From Piedraia hortae CBS 480.64 (lineage: Eukaryota): DNA of 64,000 bases. A model generated the notes under the pieces. That model was not told the origin of the DNA. It made no database searches and worked only from the letters and a program-made list of their open reading frames with translations. Where the stretch lies: assembly GCA_010093745.1 (NCBI GenBank), contig MU005995.1, forward strand, positions 62,001-126,000, read 5' to 3'. Numbering within the stretch: the first letter of the stretch is position 1; each line of letters opens with the position of its first letter. Positions 22,781-33,351 of the stretch are shown in pieces. The position numbers were made by a program, and so were the translations under genes.

Positions 22781-25045
22781 ATGCCTGCACTTACAAGGAG
22801 ACAAGCTCAAAAGCAAAATGAATACCCTCTGTCTCCATCTCAGGCCCAGGCTCAGGAAGAAATTGCTGCTAAGCCTGCCAAGGCCACCACGAAGAAGACT
22901 GCTGCTAAGGAGACTACGGCTCAGAAGACAACCGCCAAGAAGACTACAGCCAAGGGCAAAGCTGCTGCTTCCGAAGCGGCAAGCGAAGCTACTACCGGGG
23001 TTGCTTCCCAAGACGATGATGAAGCGACTTATCAGCGAGAACCAGTTTCAATGCAATCTTCTAACCCGTATGGCTCTCCTCCGCGTTACGGAGTCAGGAC
23101 GCAATTGATGCCCGGAGACACTGATATTGGGTCTGCGTTGAACCCTCCCGAAGAGAATGGGAATTACCAGGATCAAGAATCGTTGCCTGCGATTGAAGAA
23201 GAAAACAAATCGCAGCATCTTGTTCCACCCAGTGCCTCCGTACGCAGATCACCTGCCATCAACACCATATCAGAGCCCCGGACTACGCTACATGCTCAGC
23301 CCAACATCGACATACGCACATCACCTGCCTTCAACACAAGGTCGGAGCCCCGTGCCTCATCCCCTGCTCGGACCAGTGCCTCCATCCGCAAATCACCTGG
23401 TCTCAACACGAGAGCAGAGCCCCAGACATCGCCGCCCGCAGCAATTAATCCTCCGTTGCGTCGAACAAGGCACCAGGATACATCTGTTCCGATGTCTCGG
23501 TACGGTGACCGCATCTCATCGCCTTCTAGGTTGGATGCGAAACATCAAGCTTATGCTCGAATTTTTGGAGCTGTTGAAGCCATCGAGCCGCTTGAAGACA
23601 TTCCTCCCGTGTCTCAGCGGAAGCAGCGTACTATTCAAGCCAGCTCGATGGTCCACACTCAAGCTTGTCCCACAACTGTTGCTGGCCACCTCGCAGAAGA
23701 CAATATGGCTCAGTCTCGCTCGGCTGTTCATCCAATGGTTGAGCAAGCCCGACACTCTCCAACCAACCAGCAGGCCCACAACGATGCAAACGGCAACGCA
23801 ACGGGCTCGACTGCCGGCGGACGCTCCAAATTGCGAGAAGCTCTCCATCTCATGAACTTGATGGTATTCGGTTTTATCATATCATTCATCGCTTTGTTTC
23901 TGTGGGACAGCCTGTACCAATCAGCAGGCAGAGAGTCTATTTCCCCAGTGGATGACAGCAAGACTGTTTTTCCTGAATGGGTACAGAAGGTTGTCAAGCC
24001 CCATGGCGAAGGACCTTTGCCTTCAATCCTCCCTTCACGCCTTGTCGTCGAGTTGAGAGACGGACGGTTCGAAATGCCCGAACAGTTCTGGACAGCTCTG
24101 GTCCAAAGGCTCACGAGTAACAACGACAATGGCACTCTGTGGCAGAATTTTCTACACGACAACTATAATCAGCTTCACAACCTCAGCCAACATCACCACA
24201 CCACCCAAAGTGATATAAAACGAATTATTTCGTCCGAAATGATGCACGAGTTGATCACCGAAAAGCTTCGCACCGCGTACGATGACACGATCGGCGACGT
24301 GCATCGTAAATTGGCCAGCGAGCTGCGAGACCGGGATAGGAATAGCATCCAGTTGCAAAACAAGTACGATGAGCTGCACGAACTGAACCACTTCTCCCCC
24401 GTTCTTGGCGCGCGCATCGACCCCAGACTGACATCCAAGACCCTCAACACGCGCAGTGTCTTCAACCCCTTGACATGGGCAAACTCAAACGACAACGGCC
24501 CCATCACAGCCCTCCAACTTTGGCAGGAAGCAGGCGACTGCTGGTGCGCGAGACCGAAGCCAAATAGCAACATCAAAGCACAGCTTGGCGTCCGAATGGG
24601 CCAGAATATCAACCCGCACGACTTCGTCGTCGAGCACCTCCCCAAGTACGGTGCAGCGGACATTAGCTCCGCACCTAAGGACCTAGAATTCTGGATCAAG
24701 ACCCCATCAGAGGAACACGCGCGCGCCGTACACGAGATTGTGAGTTTCCGCATGACGAGGCACAAAACGGACCTTTGCAAGACGAGCCCACCCAGCCCGG
24801 ACTATGTTTGCATCGGCACGGGGACGTATCTAATCAATGGGAGGAATTGGGTGCAGAGATATAGGTCATTTTTGCAGTTGGAGGATCTCCCCATGGGTTC
24901 GTCCAAGTTGGTGTTTCGTGTGACTTCGACTTGGGGCAGCAAGCATACTTGTCTCTACAGGGTAAGGGTCACAGGGGAGGATGTTGCGGTTGGGTTAAGG
25001 GAGGGACAGAGACGGCATTATTACATGGGAAAGCATGACAGGTAA
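22781..25045 (+). CDS. SUN-domain (Sad1/UNC-84-like) inner nuclear membrane protein
   Basis: Disordered basic N-terminus, a single TM helix (LMVFGFIISFIALFLW), a coiled coil, and a C-terminal SUN domain: NHFSPVLGARIDPRLTS, GPITALQLWQEAGDCWCA, VVEHLP, SAPKDLEFW, TWGSKHTCLYRVRVTG. Confidence 0.85.
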   Translation: MPALTRRQAQKQNEYPLSPSQAQAQEEIAAKPAKATTKKTAAKETTAQKTTAKKTTAKGKAAASEAASEATTGVASQDDDEATYQREPVSMQSSNPYGSPPRYGVRTQLMPGDTDIGSALNPPEENGNYQDQESLPAIEEENKSQHLVPPSASVRRSPAINTISEPRTTLHAQPNIDIRTSPAFNTRSEPRASSPARTSASIRKSPGLNTRAEPQTSPPAAINPPLRRTRHQDTSVPMSRYGDRISSPSRLDAKHQAYARIFGAVEAIEPLEDIPPVSQRKQRTIQASSMVHTQACPTTVAGHLAEDNMAQSRSAVHPMVEQARHSPTNQQAHNDANGNATGSTAGGRSKLREALHLMNLMVFGFIISFIALFLWDSLYQSAGRESISPVDDSKTVFPEWVQKVVKPHGEGPLPSILPSRLVVELRDGRFEMPEQFWTALVQRLTSNNDNGTLWQNFLHDNYNQLHNLSQHHHTTQSDIKRIISSEMMHELITEKLRTAYDDTIGDVHRKLASELRDRDRNSIQLQNKYDELHELNHFSPVLGARIDPRLTSKTLNTRSVFNPLTWANSNDNGPITALQLWQEAGDCWCARPKPNSNIKAQLGVRMGQNINPHDFVVEHLPKYGAADISSAPKDLEFWIKTPSEEHARAVHEIVSFRMTRHKTDLCKTSPPSPDYVCIGTGTYLINGRNWVQRYRSFLQLEDLPMGSSKLVFRVTSTWGSKHTCLYRVRVTGEDVAVGLREGQRRHYYMGKHDR
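23228..23440 (+). repeat. Three degenerate 72-bp (24-aa) tandem repeats in the SUN protein N-terminus
   Basis: ATCACCTG recurs at 23248, 23320 and 23392; peptides VRRSPAINTISEP, IRTSPAFNTRSEP and IRKSPGLNTRAEP. Confidence 0.85.
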
Positions 25046-25668
25046 TGAGTAATGGGATGGGATGGGATGGGGATGTGGATATGTACTTTCTACGCGATTC
25101 TCTTTCTATTCAATAGACTAATTTGCCACTTGGTTGTATTTTGCGTGACGAGATCGAGAAGAGATGTATTTTGACTGATGAACGTCGTTTCAGACCTGTA
25201 TTTCACATGTACCTAGGGCCAATTTTGAGCGATATAGGATCGTTGCGATCGTTTTGTGACCAACATGAGCCGTGCCGCCTCTTGGACCTGTGTACTCAAC
25301 TTGGGCTGTACCCTCAATTGAAACCGTACCCTCAAATAAAGCCGTACCTAAGCTCTCAAAGGACGTAATATTGATGTTTTCCAGCTCGTTTCCGTTATCT
25401 ATATTACCACTTTAGGAAAGTGGGGGGGTTTGGAAATGAAATTGTTATTCCACCAGATGGAAACGCGGCTCCATTGTTGGCTTAAGTGTACGTCGAAACG
25501 AAAACAAATTGAAACCGAGATGGAACGTTGCCAAAACCCCTTTACAAAATTTTGTGAGAATCTCAAACCAGAAACTATGACGTTGGTGGGGGCGGGGTCG
25601 TCCTTCCCAGCTGGGGCGTGGTGACATGACCTTGACTTGCGTCACGAATCTTTCCAAGACAAACAACA

Positions 25669-26471
25669 ATGGCCACCACACAGGAAAACACCACCAAGAG
25701 AAAGCGGTTTCTGCCACTGGGTAAGGGATTCGAACATCTGCAGGAAGATACAGACTGAACAATGCAGAAAACAACCCAGATGTGATGACGAAATTGCTTC
25801 ACACACTGGGGCTGGACTCAGACCTTGAGTTCCACGACGTCTTCAGCATCGATGACCCAGACCTGCTAGCTTTTGTGCCACGTCCCGCACATGCATTGCT
25901 CCTTGTCTTCCCCGTCAGCAAGACATACCAAGCACATCGTCAGGAAGAAGACCAAGACCGGGCCGATTACAATGGCTCGGGGGCGGATGAGCCCGTGATA
26001 TGGTACCCGCAAACTATCAGCAACGCCTGTGGCTTAATGGGGCTGCTACATGGCGTCAGCAATGGTGAGGCGCGGAACCACATCTGGCCTGGAAGCAACC
26101 TGGACAAGTTGATCAAAGAGGCAATTCCGTTGCAGCCTAAAGAAAGGGCTGCGTTGATCGAGAATAGCGAGGCCCTGGAGAGTGCCCATAACGCGGCAGC
26201 TGTCACGGGCGACACAGCCGCGCCAGACCTGAACGAGGAGGTGGACTTGCACTATGTCTGTTTCGTAAAGAGTGCAAAGGACGGCCACTTGTGGGAGCTG
26301 GACGGCAGCAGAAAGGGCCCACTTGACCGCGGACCGCTCAAGGTCGATGAAGACGTTCTCAGCGAGGCCGCGTTGGATAAGGGAGCGAGAGCGTTCATGA
26401 AGAGGGAACAGCAAACGGAGGGCGGGGAATTGAGGTTCAGCTTGATTGTGCTCGGGCCTGCGTTTGACTAA
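25669..26471 (+). CDS. YUH1: Ubiquitin C-terminal hydrolase, UCH-L3 type (peptidase C12)
   Basis: RFLPLENNPDVM (intron 25721-25767); catalytic QTISNACG; LHYVCFV; LWELDG. Confidence 0.94.
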
Positions 26472-26847
26472 TGCGTAATGTGAAAAAGAAGATTCAAGCT
26501 TAATACCCTATCCGCCACACGTGTTGTAACGGAAGCAAGGGAGACTGACAGCACGGCAGGAAAAAAAAAGCCAATTCGGGAGCTCTGGCGTGGGGTTCAA
26601 AGTCTTTGTCTAGACAGATGGGTGGATGGCAATCATGACGAACGAAACAGATGGGCGGAGCATGTCGCAGATGAGAGCGTGTGAGCCAGAAAGCTTCGTG
26701 TGAGTGTAAAATTCTTCAACCACGTGGTATGGAAAGCTGCGATCCAATGCCTCGTTTTTGGTGGCCGGATCGACCAAAGTCGAGACCGCGTCTGGCTGAA
26801 CACAGTGTCCCTCTTCTTCTGGAGCTGTCCTTAACACGCTTTTCACA

Positions 26848-28527
26848 ATGCCTGCTCTGCCGCAGGGCTTGGAAGTAGCCAAGCTCTCGGCCAGAAAGGC
26901 TTCTGGTATCGGCTCGGCCCAAGCTGTCGATGCCAGCCTCATCCTCGCTACGCAGCGAGCCCGTGCCGTACAAGTGGTTGCCGCCGTGGCATCGAGTCTC
27001 AGCATCATTGCCACGGCCTGTGCCATCTACTGGTTCTGCATGATGAGAAGAAACTTTCGACGGAACCTCGTTCTCTTGCTCATTGCAAGCGACTGCTGGA
27101 AGAGCATCTGGTACTTTGCCTTTAGCGTCAGCTCGCTTGCACTCGGCCGGCCGCCCACACACTCCCCTTGGTGTCAGATCAGTGGGTACTTTTTACATGC
27201 GAGTATAGAAGCTTGCGATGTGGCTATTGTGTTTATCAGCCTGCATACATACCTCCAAATATTCCCGCCGGAGAAGTCGAAGCTCGGGTGGGATGGCCTG
27301 TATAGGGCGCGCCGACTGGTGCTGGCACTCTGGTTGATCCTACCCAACTTCGCTGCTTGCTTGGCTTTTCTCCGTGGACGCTATGGCTACCAGTCTGTTG
27401 GAGCTTTCTGTGCCATGCCAGTGCGATCCTTTTGGTACCGTCTTGCCCTCGCATGGATCCCCAGATACCTGATCTGGATTTTCATCATGGGTGTAGCCAT
27501 CCGAATATATCTACATGCCGGTCGGAAGTTTAGCGTCTTTAGTGCGCAGAAGAGTCGGCATCGAATGTCGTGCATGCCCAAGTGCCATGGGAAGAAAGCG
27601 GACAGTTTAGAGCACCACAGCTGTGAACGCATCGACAGCAAGATGGACTTTACGGGGTCTCGTCGGTCATCCACTCTGAGAATGGGGCCGGGGAGCGCCA
27701 TCGGCTCGATCCCCGAAAACGTCTCCCCAACAGACATCAAACGCAACTCGGTCATATCCCTGCATTCTCACCATGCACATTACGTTAACGATGTGTCAAC
27801 GCTTCCGGCTATCCCAGAACGCGGGCGACAGGGGTCAGATATGACCTTTTCAAAGGTCTCTGAAGCTGCAGCGTGCGTCATAAACGCTCGACGAATGAAG
27901 ATACAAAAGCAGCTGCGTCTGCTGTTTATCTATCCTGTTGTATATGTAATGATGTGGACGATTCCACTGGTGGTTCATGTCATGAACTACAGCGATTACT
28001 ACGCGCAAAACCCCATCTTCGTGCTGGTCATCATGGAGGCGCTTTTCCGATGCAGCTTTGGCGTGGTTGACGTTGGCATCTTCTGCTGGCGAGAGAAGCC
28101 ATGGATGCACATGCCCGGGACGGACCACACGCTGCTGGGCAGCCTACGTTTCTGGGACACTGGGAAGTCTGATGAGAGCTGGCTGGAAAAGGCTACGTTG
28201 AAGAAACTATCGGTCTCATCGACGGCTTCTGCACATCCCGAGGTATCAGTCGCAACTGCATCTCGAATAGCAACTCCCGAGCCGACAACAGCACCAGCAT
28301 CAGTCACTGCATCAGCATCAGCAGCTGCATCAGTTAGAGGCACACCTAAACCGAAGCGTCCTCCAATGCACAGGCGAGTCCACAGCGGGGCGAGCGACCA
28401 CGAGGACATGCGGATCCAGCTAGCCCATGAACGGCTTTGTTTAGAAAGAGAAGACCGGGCTCACGGCCCGAGTGAGGAATGTACTCCAACAACGGAGAAA
28501 CAATGGTGGGATTTATACGAAGACTAG
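26848..28527 (+). CDS. G-protein-coupled glucose receptor, Git3/Gpr1 family
   Basis: Seven hydrophobic segments with a long third intracellular loop; family motifs MRRNFRRNLVLLLI, WYRLALAWIPRY and IQKQLRLLFIYPVVY. Confidence 0.85.
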   Translation: MPALPQGLEVAKLSARKASGIGSAQAVDASLILATQRARAVQVVAAVASSLSIIATACAIYWFCMMRRNFRRNLVLLLIASDCWKSIWYFAFSVSSLALGRPPTHSPWCQISGYFLHASIEACDVAIVFISLHTYLQIFPPEKSKLGWDGLYRARRLVLALWLILPNFAACLAFLRGRYGYQSVGAFCAMPVRSFWYRLALAWIPRYLIWIFIMGVAIRIYLHAGRKFSVFSAQKSRHRMSCMPKCHGKKADSLEHHSCERIDSKMDFTGSRRSSTLRMGPGSAIGSIPENVSPTDIKRNSVISLHSHHAHYVNDVSTLPAIPERGRQGSDMTFSKVSEAAACVINARRMKIQKQLRLLFIYPVVYVMMWTIPLVVHVMNYSDYYAQNPIFVLVIMEALFRCSFGVVDVGIFCWREKPWMHMPGTDHTLLGSLRFWDTGKSDESWLEKATLKKLSVSSTASAHPEVSVATASRIATPEPTTAPASVTASASAAASVRGTPKPKRPPMHRRVHSGASDHEDMRIQLAHERLCLEREDRAHGPSEECTPTTEKQWWDLYED

Positions 28528-28587
28528 ACAATTGTACACTACATACACTCAACCACATAGATCTCCCCCACACACAAACAAATCACA

Positions 28588-29568
28588 ATGGAAAAAGCCC
28601 TCCAAACTTGGCTTCCCGATACCGTCCCCGTTCCAAAAACTCGCTACACAATCCACGGCTGCATGCTCATCCTATCTCTCTCCACAATCCATCGCCTCAC
28701 CTCCCTATCCCCAAGCACACCAATCTCGACCCTCTGGCCCCTCCTCACCTCAACCCTAAAAGTAACCCACATCGCCTCTAACAGTCCCATCGAGGACGGC
28801 CTATCCAACCCCCTCCGCTCACCCATCCTTACACCCCTCTACGGCTCCTTCGGCCCCGCCAACCCCTCCTCCCCACCAACCCCAACCGACCTCACTTCCG
28901 CGTTCTGGTGCACAACAAAACAAAACGGAATCTACCAAGTCTTCGCCCCTCTCTACACAATGTTCTCCCGCGGAAACATCGTGGAAAAAGCACGACTCCT
29001 CGCCCTCCCCAGTGTCGTTACAGCAGCAGAGGAGGGCTGCTCCGCGGTCGATCTATACGCCGGGATAGGATACTTTGCGTTTAGCTATGCCGCCACCGGG
29101 GTTAGCAGAGTGCTCTGCTGGGATCTGAATCCGTGGAGCGTGGAGGGGTTAGTTCGTGGGGCGGAGAGGAATAAATTCTCGGTTATCAGGGCGGAAGGGG
29201 GAGGGATGCTTCGCGATGAGAGGATTATTGTGTGGAATGAGGATAACGCGCTCGCCAGGGGGAGGGTGGAGCAGTTGAGGGGGGTGATACCCCCGGTCAG
29301 ACATGTTAATTGTGGGATGTTGCCGACGAGTAAAGGGAGCTGGGCCACTGCGATTGATGTGCTTGACCCGCAGAGAGGGGGGTGGGTGCATGTTCATGAG
29401 AATTTCACCGAGGGGGGGGTTGAGACTGAGGTGGAAGGAATTTTGGAGGCGATGAGGACACTCGCTACCGCGAGGGGGAAAAAAGTTGAGGTCGAGGGGG
29501 TGTACAAAGTAAAAACATACGCGCCAGGCGTGGTGCATTGTGTAGTTGATTTACGTGTTTTTGGTTAA
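28588..29568 (+). CDS. TYW2: tRNA wybutosine-synthesizing protein 2
   Basis: QNGIYQVFAPLYTMFSRGNIVEKARL; SAM-binding VDLYAGIGYFAFSY; RHVNCGMLPTS; WVHVHEN; VKTYAPGVVHCVVD. Confidence 0.9.
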   Translation: MEKALQTWLPDTVPVPKTRYTIHGCMLILSLSTIHRLTSLSPSTPISTLWPLLTSTLKVTHIASNSPIEDGLSNPLRSPILTPLYGSFGPANPSSPPTPTDLTSAFWCTTKQNGIYQVFAPLYTMFSRGNIVEKARLLALPSVVTAAEEGCSAVDLYAGIGYFAFSYAATGVSRVLCWDLNPWSVEGLVRGAERNKFSVIRAEGGGMLRDERIIVWNEDNALARGRVEQLRGVIPPVRHVNCGMLPTSKGSWATAIDVLDPQRGGWVHVHENFTEGGVETEVEGILEAMRTLATARGKKVEVEGVYKVKTYAPGVVHCVVDLRVFG

Positions 29569-30125
29569 GTGCGGCGGAATTTGGAGGGGATGTTTGATTC
29601 TATGATGGGGAGTTTTTCAAGCTGGGATTGACGCTCCGCTTGGCGTTCGATTTCGTCGTGTTGTTTGAAATGTTTTTTGTCTTCTTCGTGTGTGAGATCT
29701 TCCTCCCGTGCGTCCTCGTTGTGGTATTTTTCAAAATGGTGGATCTCATACTCGTACTCGTCGTCGCCGTGGTGGCCGGATCCGAACCCAAAATCGGGGA
29801 GCTCGATCCCCTGGGCTGCGCCCACGGTGTACTCTGCAAAGGAGATTGTGCCGCTGCGGTCGCGGTCGTACAATGATATGACGCGGTCGACGGCGGATTC
29901 TTTTTGCACTTTGGTGATGTGGTTCGTGGATGCGTCTTTCAGACCGTACATTTTGAGGATGTCGTCCCGCCCCCATTCGTTGTTGTTGGAGAAGTCGTGC
30001 ATTATGAAGAAGGACGCGGCGTCGAAGGCGTCAATGTGGTGCTCCTCTGACATGTGCCGCTCCGCCCAATTCGCTGCCGCTGCGTGCGTGGTGAGGAGGA
30101 AGAGGAGGGTCGCTAGGGTATGCAT
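29565..30125 (-). CDS. SSP120: Secretory EF-hand protein, Ssp120-like
   Basis: Signal peptide MHTLATLLFLLTTHAAA; WAERHMSEEHHIDAFDAASFFIMHD; EF-hand DRDRSGTISFAE; GHHGDDEYEYEIHHFEKYH; NIPSKF. Confidence 0.87.
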   Translation of the reverse strand: MHTLATLLFLLTTHAAAANWAERHMSEEHHIDAFDAASFFIMHDFSNNNEWGRDDILKMYGLKDASTNHITKVQKESAVDRVISLYDRDRSGTISFAEYTVGAAQGIELPDFGFGSGHHGDDEYEYEIHHFEKYHNEDAREEDLTHEEDKKHFKQHDEIERQAERQSQLEKLPIIESNIPSKFRRT

Positions 30126-30276
30126 TTTCTCAAGTGAGTGTGTGGATCTGAACGAGGGACTGATTGATGTCCCGGTCGTTTGGGAGCGACAGGGAAGGTT
30201 GACAGCGGAACGGGCCGAACTTGTTCGTCCGGGCGGGGAAAATTTACGTCCACATATAGAATAGCACCCACGCATA

Positions 30277-33200
30277 ATGTCGAAGAGGCAGCTTGAAGAA
30301 CAGCACGATGATCAGCCTCCTAAACGTCCCAAACCTGACGTTGAGGAGATTCGATCGGCTGACCAACTTCGCCGTATCTTGAATTTCAACAATAACGACA
30401 ATGCAATCCGATCTGGCCTTGCTGCTCTAAAACCTTTCCTCGAGAAGATAGCTTACTCCCAGCCGCCTGAGGAAGACGAGGTTGCAATTCTCCGTGAGTA
30501 CCTCGACGCGGAGCAGTCACAATCCCCCGGAGGACCCCCCCTTCTACAACAGTTCTGGGACTCATGGCAGCATGCCACCGCCGATGGGATCGTAGTTTCC
30601 CTCTGCGCGGCATTGGCACTTTTTATGCGCACTCTCTCGCGCGTAGAATCTCTACGGGAACACGGCTATGCCTTTGCGCGAAGCGTCCTTCTCCATCCGC
30701 ATCTGCGGTTACTTCAGAGAAGTCTCGCTTCACCAAGGCACAAGCAGGGACTGATTTCCCCCGCGCTGAGGCTGCTTACTGAGGTGGTGAGCTTTGATGG
30801 GGGCATGCTGGCCCGTGGGGTTTATAAACGGAGAGAGTTGACGTTTGATGGGGTGGTTGTGAGGAGGCTTCTGACCATGAAGGTGGGGGAGGGAGAGGTG
30901 GAGACGGTTCGCAGACCCTCCGTTAGAACGCTCGCAGTGAGGTATACCCTTGCGCTGCTGAGGGGCTTGAACCCCGCGTCTAGGGCGGATATGCTGGCGA
31001 GACCGCTAGCCGAGGCGGTGTTTCGGTTTCTGCCAGCAGACCCAGTGGAGGCTGTTGAGGATGTGTTAGGAACGGTTGAGAAAATTGTGTTGGGGGATGG
31101 GGACGTGAGTAGGGCTGCCAAAGCAGCGGTGTTGACAGTGAGGAATTTGGAGAGAGCCACAGAGGTTGCGACCAGGTCCCCGGGCCATCCGGCGGCGGAG
31201 AAGGCGATGCAGTGGTTGTTAAAGGTTGTGTCAAGGACGGAGTACGGTATTCTAAGGCCCGCGCCGTGGGGAAGTAAAGATGCTGTGCGGAATACAGTCT
31301 TGTCGAGTTGGATCTTGACATTGAAGCCGCATGTTAACCCTAGAGAGAGGGATATTGTGGTCCAGTGTTTCAAGGCGGCGCCGGAGCTGGTGCTAAAGTA
31401 TTTTCGCGAGAAGAATGTCCAGCTCGAGAACAAGCCGTCAGAGACTTGGATGAATCACGCGGCGTTTCTGTATGAGACGGTTCGACTGCCCCTTCCAGAT
31501 GGTTTGGGGAGTGATGCTTCAATGTCTCCAAGCACTGAGATCATGTTAGAGAGCTTGCTGCCGCAGCCACTATCACACAAGGTCCTCACGAGATGTTTGA
31601 ATTCGAGTGTGGACGTCATGACTTGGTGGGCTACCAGGGTTCTAGTCCTTGCAATTGAAAAGTTGAGGGACCTGCAGAGGGAGTTGAGTAAAGCTTCCAC
31701 GTCGGAACCGTGGACGGATCTCTATGCGCTGTTCGCGGAAAGAGTCCCTCCCATGAAAGATGTCATCGCCATGTTCCGGAAGGTGGCAAAGACAAAGGAA
31801 GAATCGAAGCAGCGAGAGGAGATGTTGAGATTGCTACGACTTTACTATGAGGTTCTGCCTATCCTTGCCTTGGAGGAACAGTTTGACGTCTCCGCCGCTC
31901 TGGCTGTTGTGATGGACCGAGCTGGGGGTGAAGATCCCGAGGGGCTCGCCGAGAAGGAGCTGCAACATCTACTTGCCATTGCACAGCATAACTCGAGCAT
32001 GAAGTGGTTGGGTAGCCATGGCGTCCTGGACCACTCGCCCTTAGTCAAGGTATTGCAGATGCATGTGAAGGACTGCAAAAAGGTCGAAGTGCGAGATTTG
32101 CTCCTGCAGGTACTCCAGGGGCATCATGTCATCGTTGATGAAGTCGAGTTACAAGCGCTGATTGCGAGTTGCTTAGACGAAGGAAGTTTTTGGGCCTTTC
32201 TAGACGACTGCATGGCCCGAACAAGCAAGCAGCCTGTCAAGTACTTGGACTCCCTGGAAGAGCTTTCCGAAGATCAAGAAGGGCCAATGCCGGGCTTGAT
32301 GCTGGCCACTATTCTGGAGCAGATTCCCTTCAACCTTAAAAATGAAGTCGCGTTGGAATGGGCTGTCAGATACATGACGCTGTTGTCCAAGTTGAAAATG
32401 GCGCCGAGAACAAAAGCTCTTGCCAAGGCTGCATTGAAACGAGCGTGGAAAATGATCAAGAAGGCGGGACTATCTGTTCGAAAACCTAGTACCAAAGACC
32501 TTTACGAGAAAGCTGAAATCCCACCAGCCGAACAGCCCATCTTCCAAGTGCAGACAGACACACCACTGCGTTACTCTGCTCCCCCAGAAGAACGGAAGAA
32601 TCATACCGAATTGCTAACATGGGCGAAAAAAGACCTCGATGAGGCTTTTGAAGACGGCACCATCAACGCACTCGTCTTGTGCTTGTGCTCAGAACACCAT
32701 GACATCCGTCGACAAGGCCATTTTCAACTGCGACGACTGCTGGTAACCCTGCGCGAGTCGTCGCTGGAGGAAAAGGAGCAGCTCGGCCTGCTAATCGGGG
32801 AGCTCATCGAGACGTATGAGCACCATGATAAGTCTGCCCCACTGCCGTACTTCACCGGCTGCTTCGCTGGAAGAGCATTGGAGGTGTTGCGTGAGCCGAC
32901 ACATTTCCTATACGCCAAGGTGAACCAGTTTCTTATACGGTCACCCGCATGGAGAAATAGCCGGCTGCCCTCTCACTGGCTCCGGGCCACAACGCTTAGC
33001 ATGCCCGAAGAGGATACTGGGTATTGGAAAGAGGTGCAATGGGTGCTGGAATGGCTGCTGGACGGCCTCCGCACTGCTGCCGACCTGGACATCCTACGAC
33101 GGGCAGCGGCGTTCGAAAAGCTCATGACACTATATCTGTCTCCTGCCGCCTCTACAAAGTTTGTAAAAGAAAGGATCATGGAGCTGCTCTACCGCGCTAC

Positions 33201-33351
33201 GTGCATCCAAGAGGGAAGCATGACGCTGGTATCAAGAGCAAGCGTGCTCGCTTGGCTCGAGATGGAGAACCAGACGGCCATGAAGCAGCATGTCTTGGAC
33301 TCGTGCGATAAGCGGCGACTGGCGCGGTGGACGCGTGTTGACGTCACGTGA
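30277..33351 (+). CDS. URB1: 60S ribosome biogenesis protein Urb1/Npa1
   Basis: 1024-aa helical ORF with Npa1 N-terminal motifs LISPALRLLTEVVSFDGG, RRPSVRTLAVRY and AAPELV, and a NopRA1-like C-terminus (PTHFLYAKVNQFL, WVLEWLLDGLRT). Confidence 0.85.
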   Translation: MSKRQLEEQHDDQPPKRPKPDVEEIRSADQLRRILNFNNNDNAIRSGLAALKPFLEKIAYSQPPEEDEVAILREYLDAEQSQSPGGPPLLQQFWDSWQHATADGIVVSLCAALALFMRTLSRVESLREHGYAFARSVLLHPHLRLLQRSLASPRHKQGLISPALRLLTEVVSFDGGMLARGVYKRRELTFDGVVVRRLLTMKVGEGEVETVRRPSVRTLAVRYTLALLRGLNPASRADMLARPLAEAVFRFLPADPVEAVEDVLGTVEKIVLGDGDVSRAAKAAVLTVRNLERATEVATRSPGHPAAEKAMQWLLKVVSRTEYGILRPAPWGSKDAVRNTVLSSWILTLKPHVNPRERDIVVQCFKAAPELVLKYFREKNVQLENKPSETWMNHAAFLYETVRLPLPDGLGSDASMSPSTEIMLESLLPQPLSHKVLTRCLNSSVDVMTWWATRVLVLAIEKLRDLQRELSKASTSEPWTDLYALFAERVPPMKDVIAMFRKVAKTKEESKQREEMLRLLRLYYEVLPILALEEQFDVSAALAVVMDRAGGEDPEGLAEKELQHLLAIAQHNSSMKWLGSHGVLDHSPLVKVLQMHVKDCKKVEVRDLLLQVLQGHHVIVDEVELQALIASCLDEGSFWAFLDDCMARTSKQPVKYLDSLEELSEDQEGPMPGLMLATILEQIPFNLKNEVALEWAVRYMTLLSKLKMAPRTKALAKAALKRAWKMIKKAGLSVRKPSTKDLYEKAEIPPAEQPIFQVQTDTPLRYSAPPEERKNHTELLTWAKKDLDEAFEDGTINALVLCLCSEHHDIRRQGHFQLRRLLVTLRESSLEEKEQLGLLIGELIETYEHHDKSAPLPYFTGCFAGRALEVLREPTHFLYAKVNQFLIRSPAWRNSRLPSHWLRATTLSMPEEDTGYWKEVQWVLEWLLDGLRTAADLDILRRAAAFEKLMTLYLSPAASTKFVKERIMELLYRATCIQEGSMTLVSRASVLAWLEMENQTAMKQHVLDSCDKRRLARWTRVDVT

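Noticed and set aside
25306..25351. 18-bp repeat with core GTACCCTCAA, about 2.5 copies
   Set aside because: Short, degenerate intergenic slippage repeat with no further structure.
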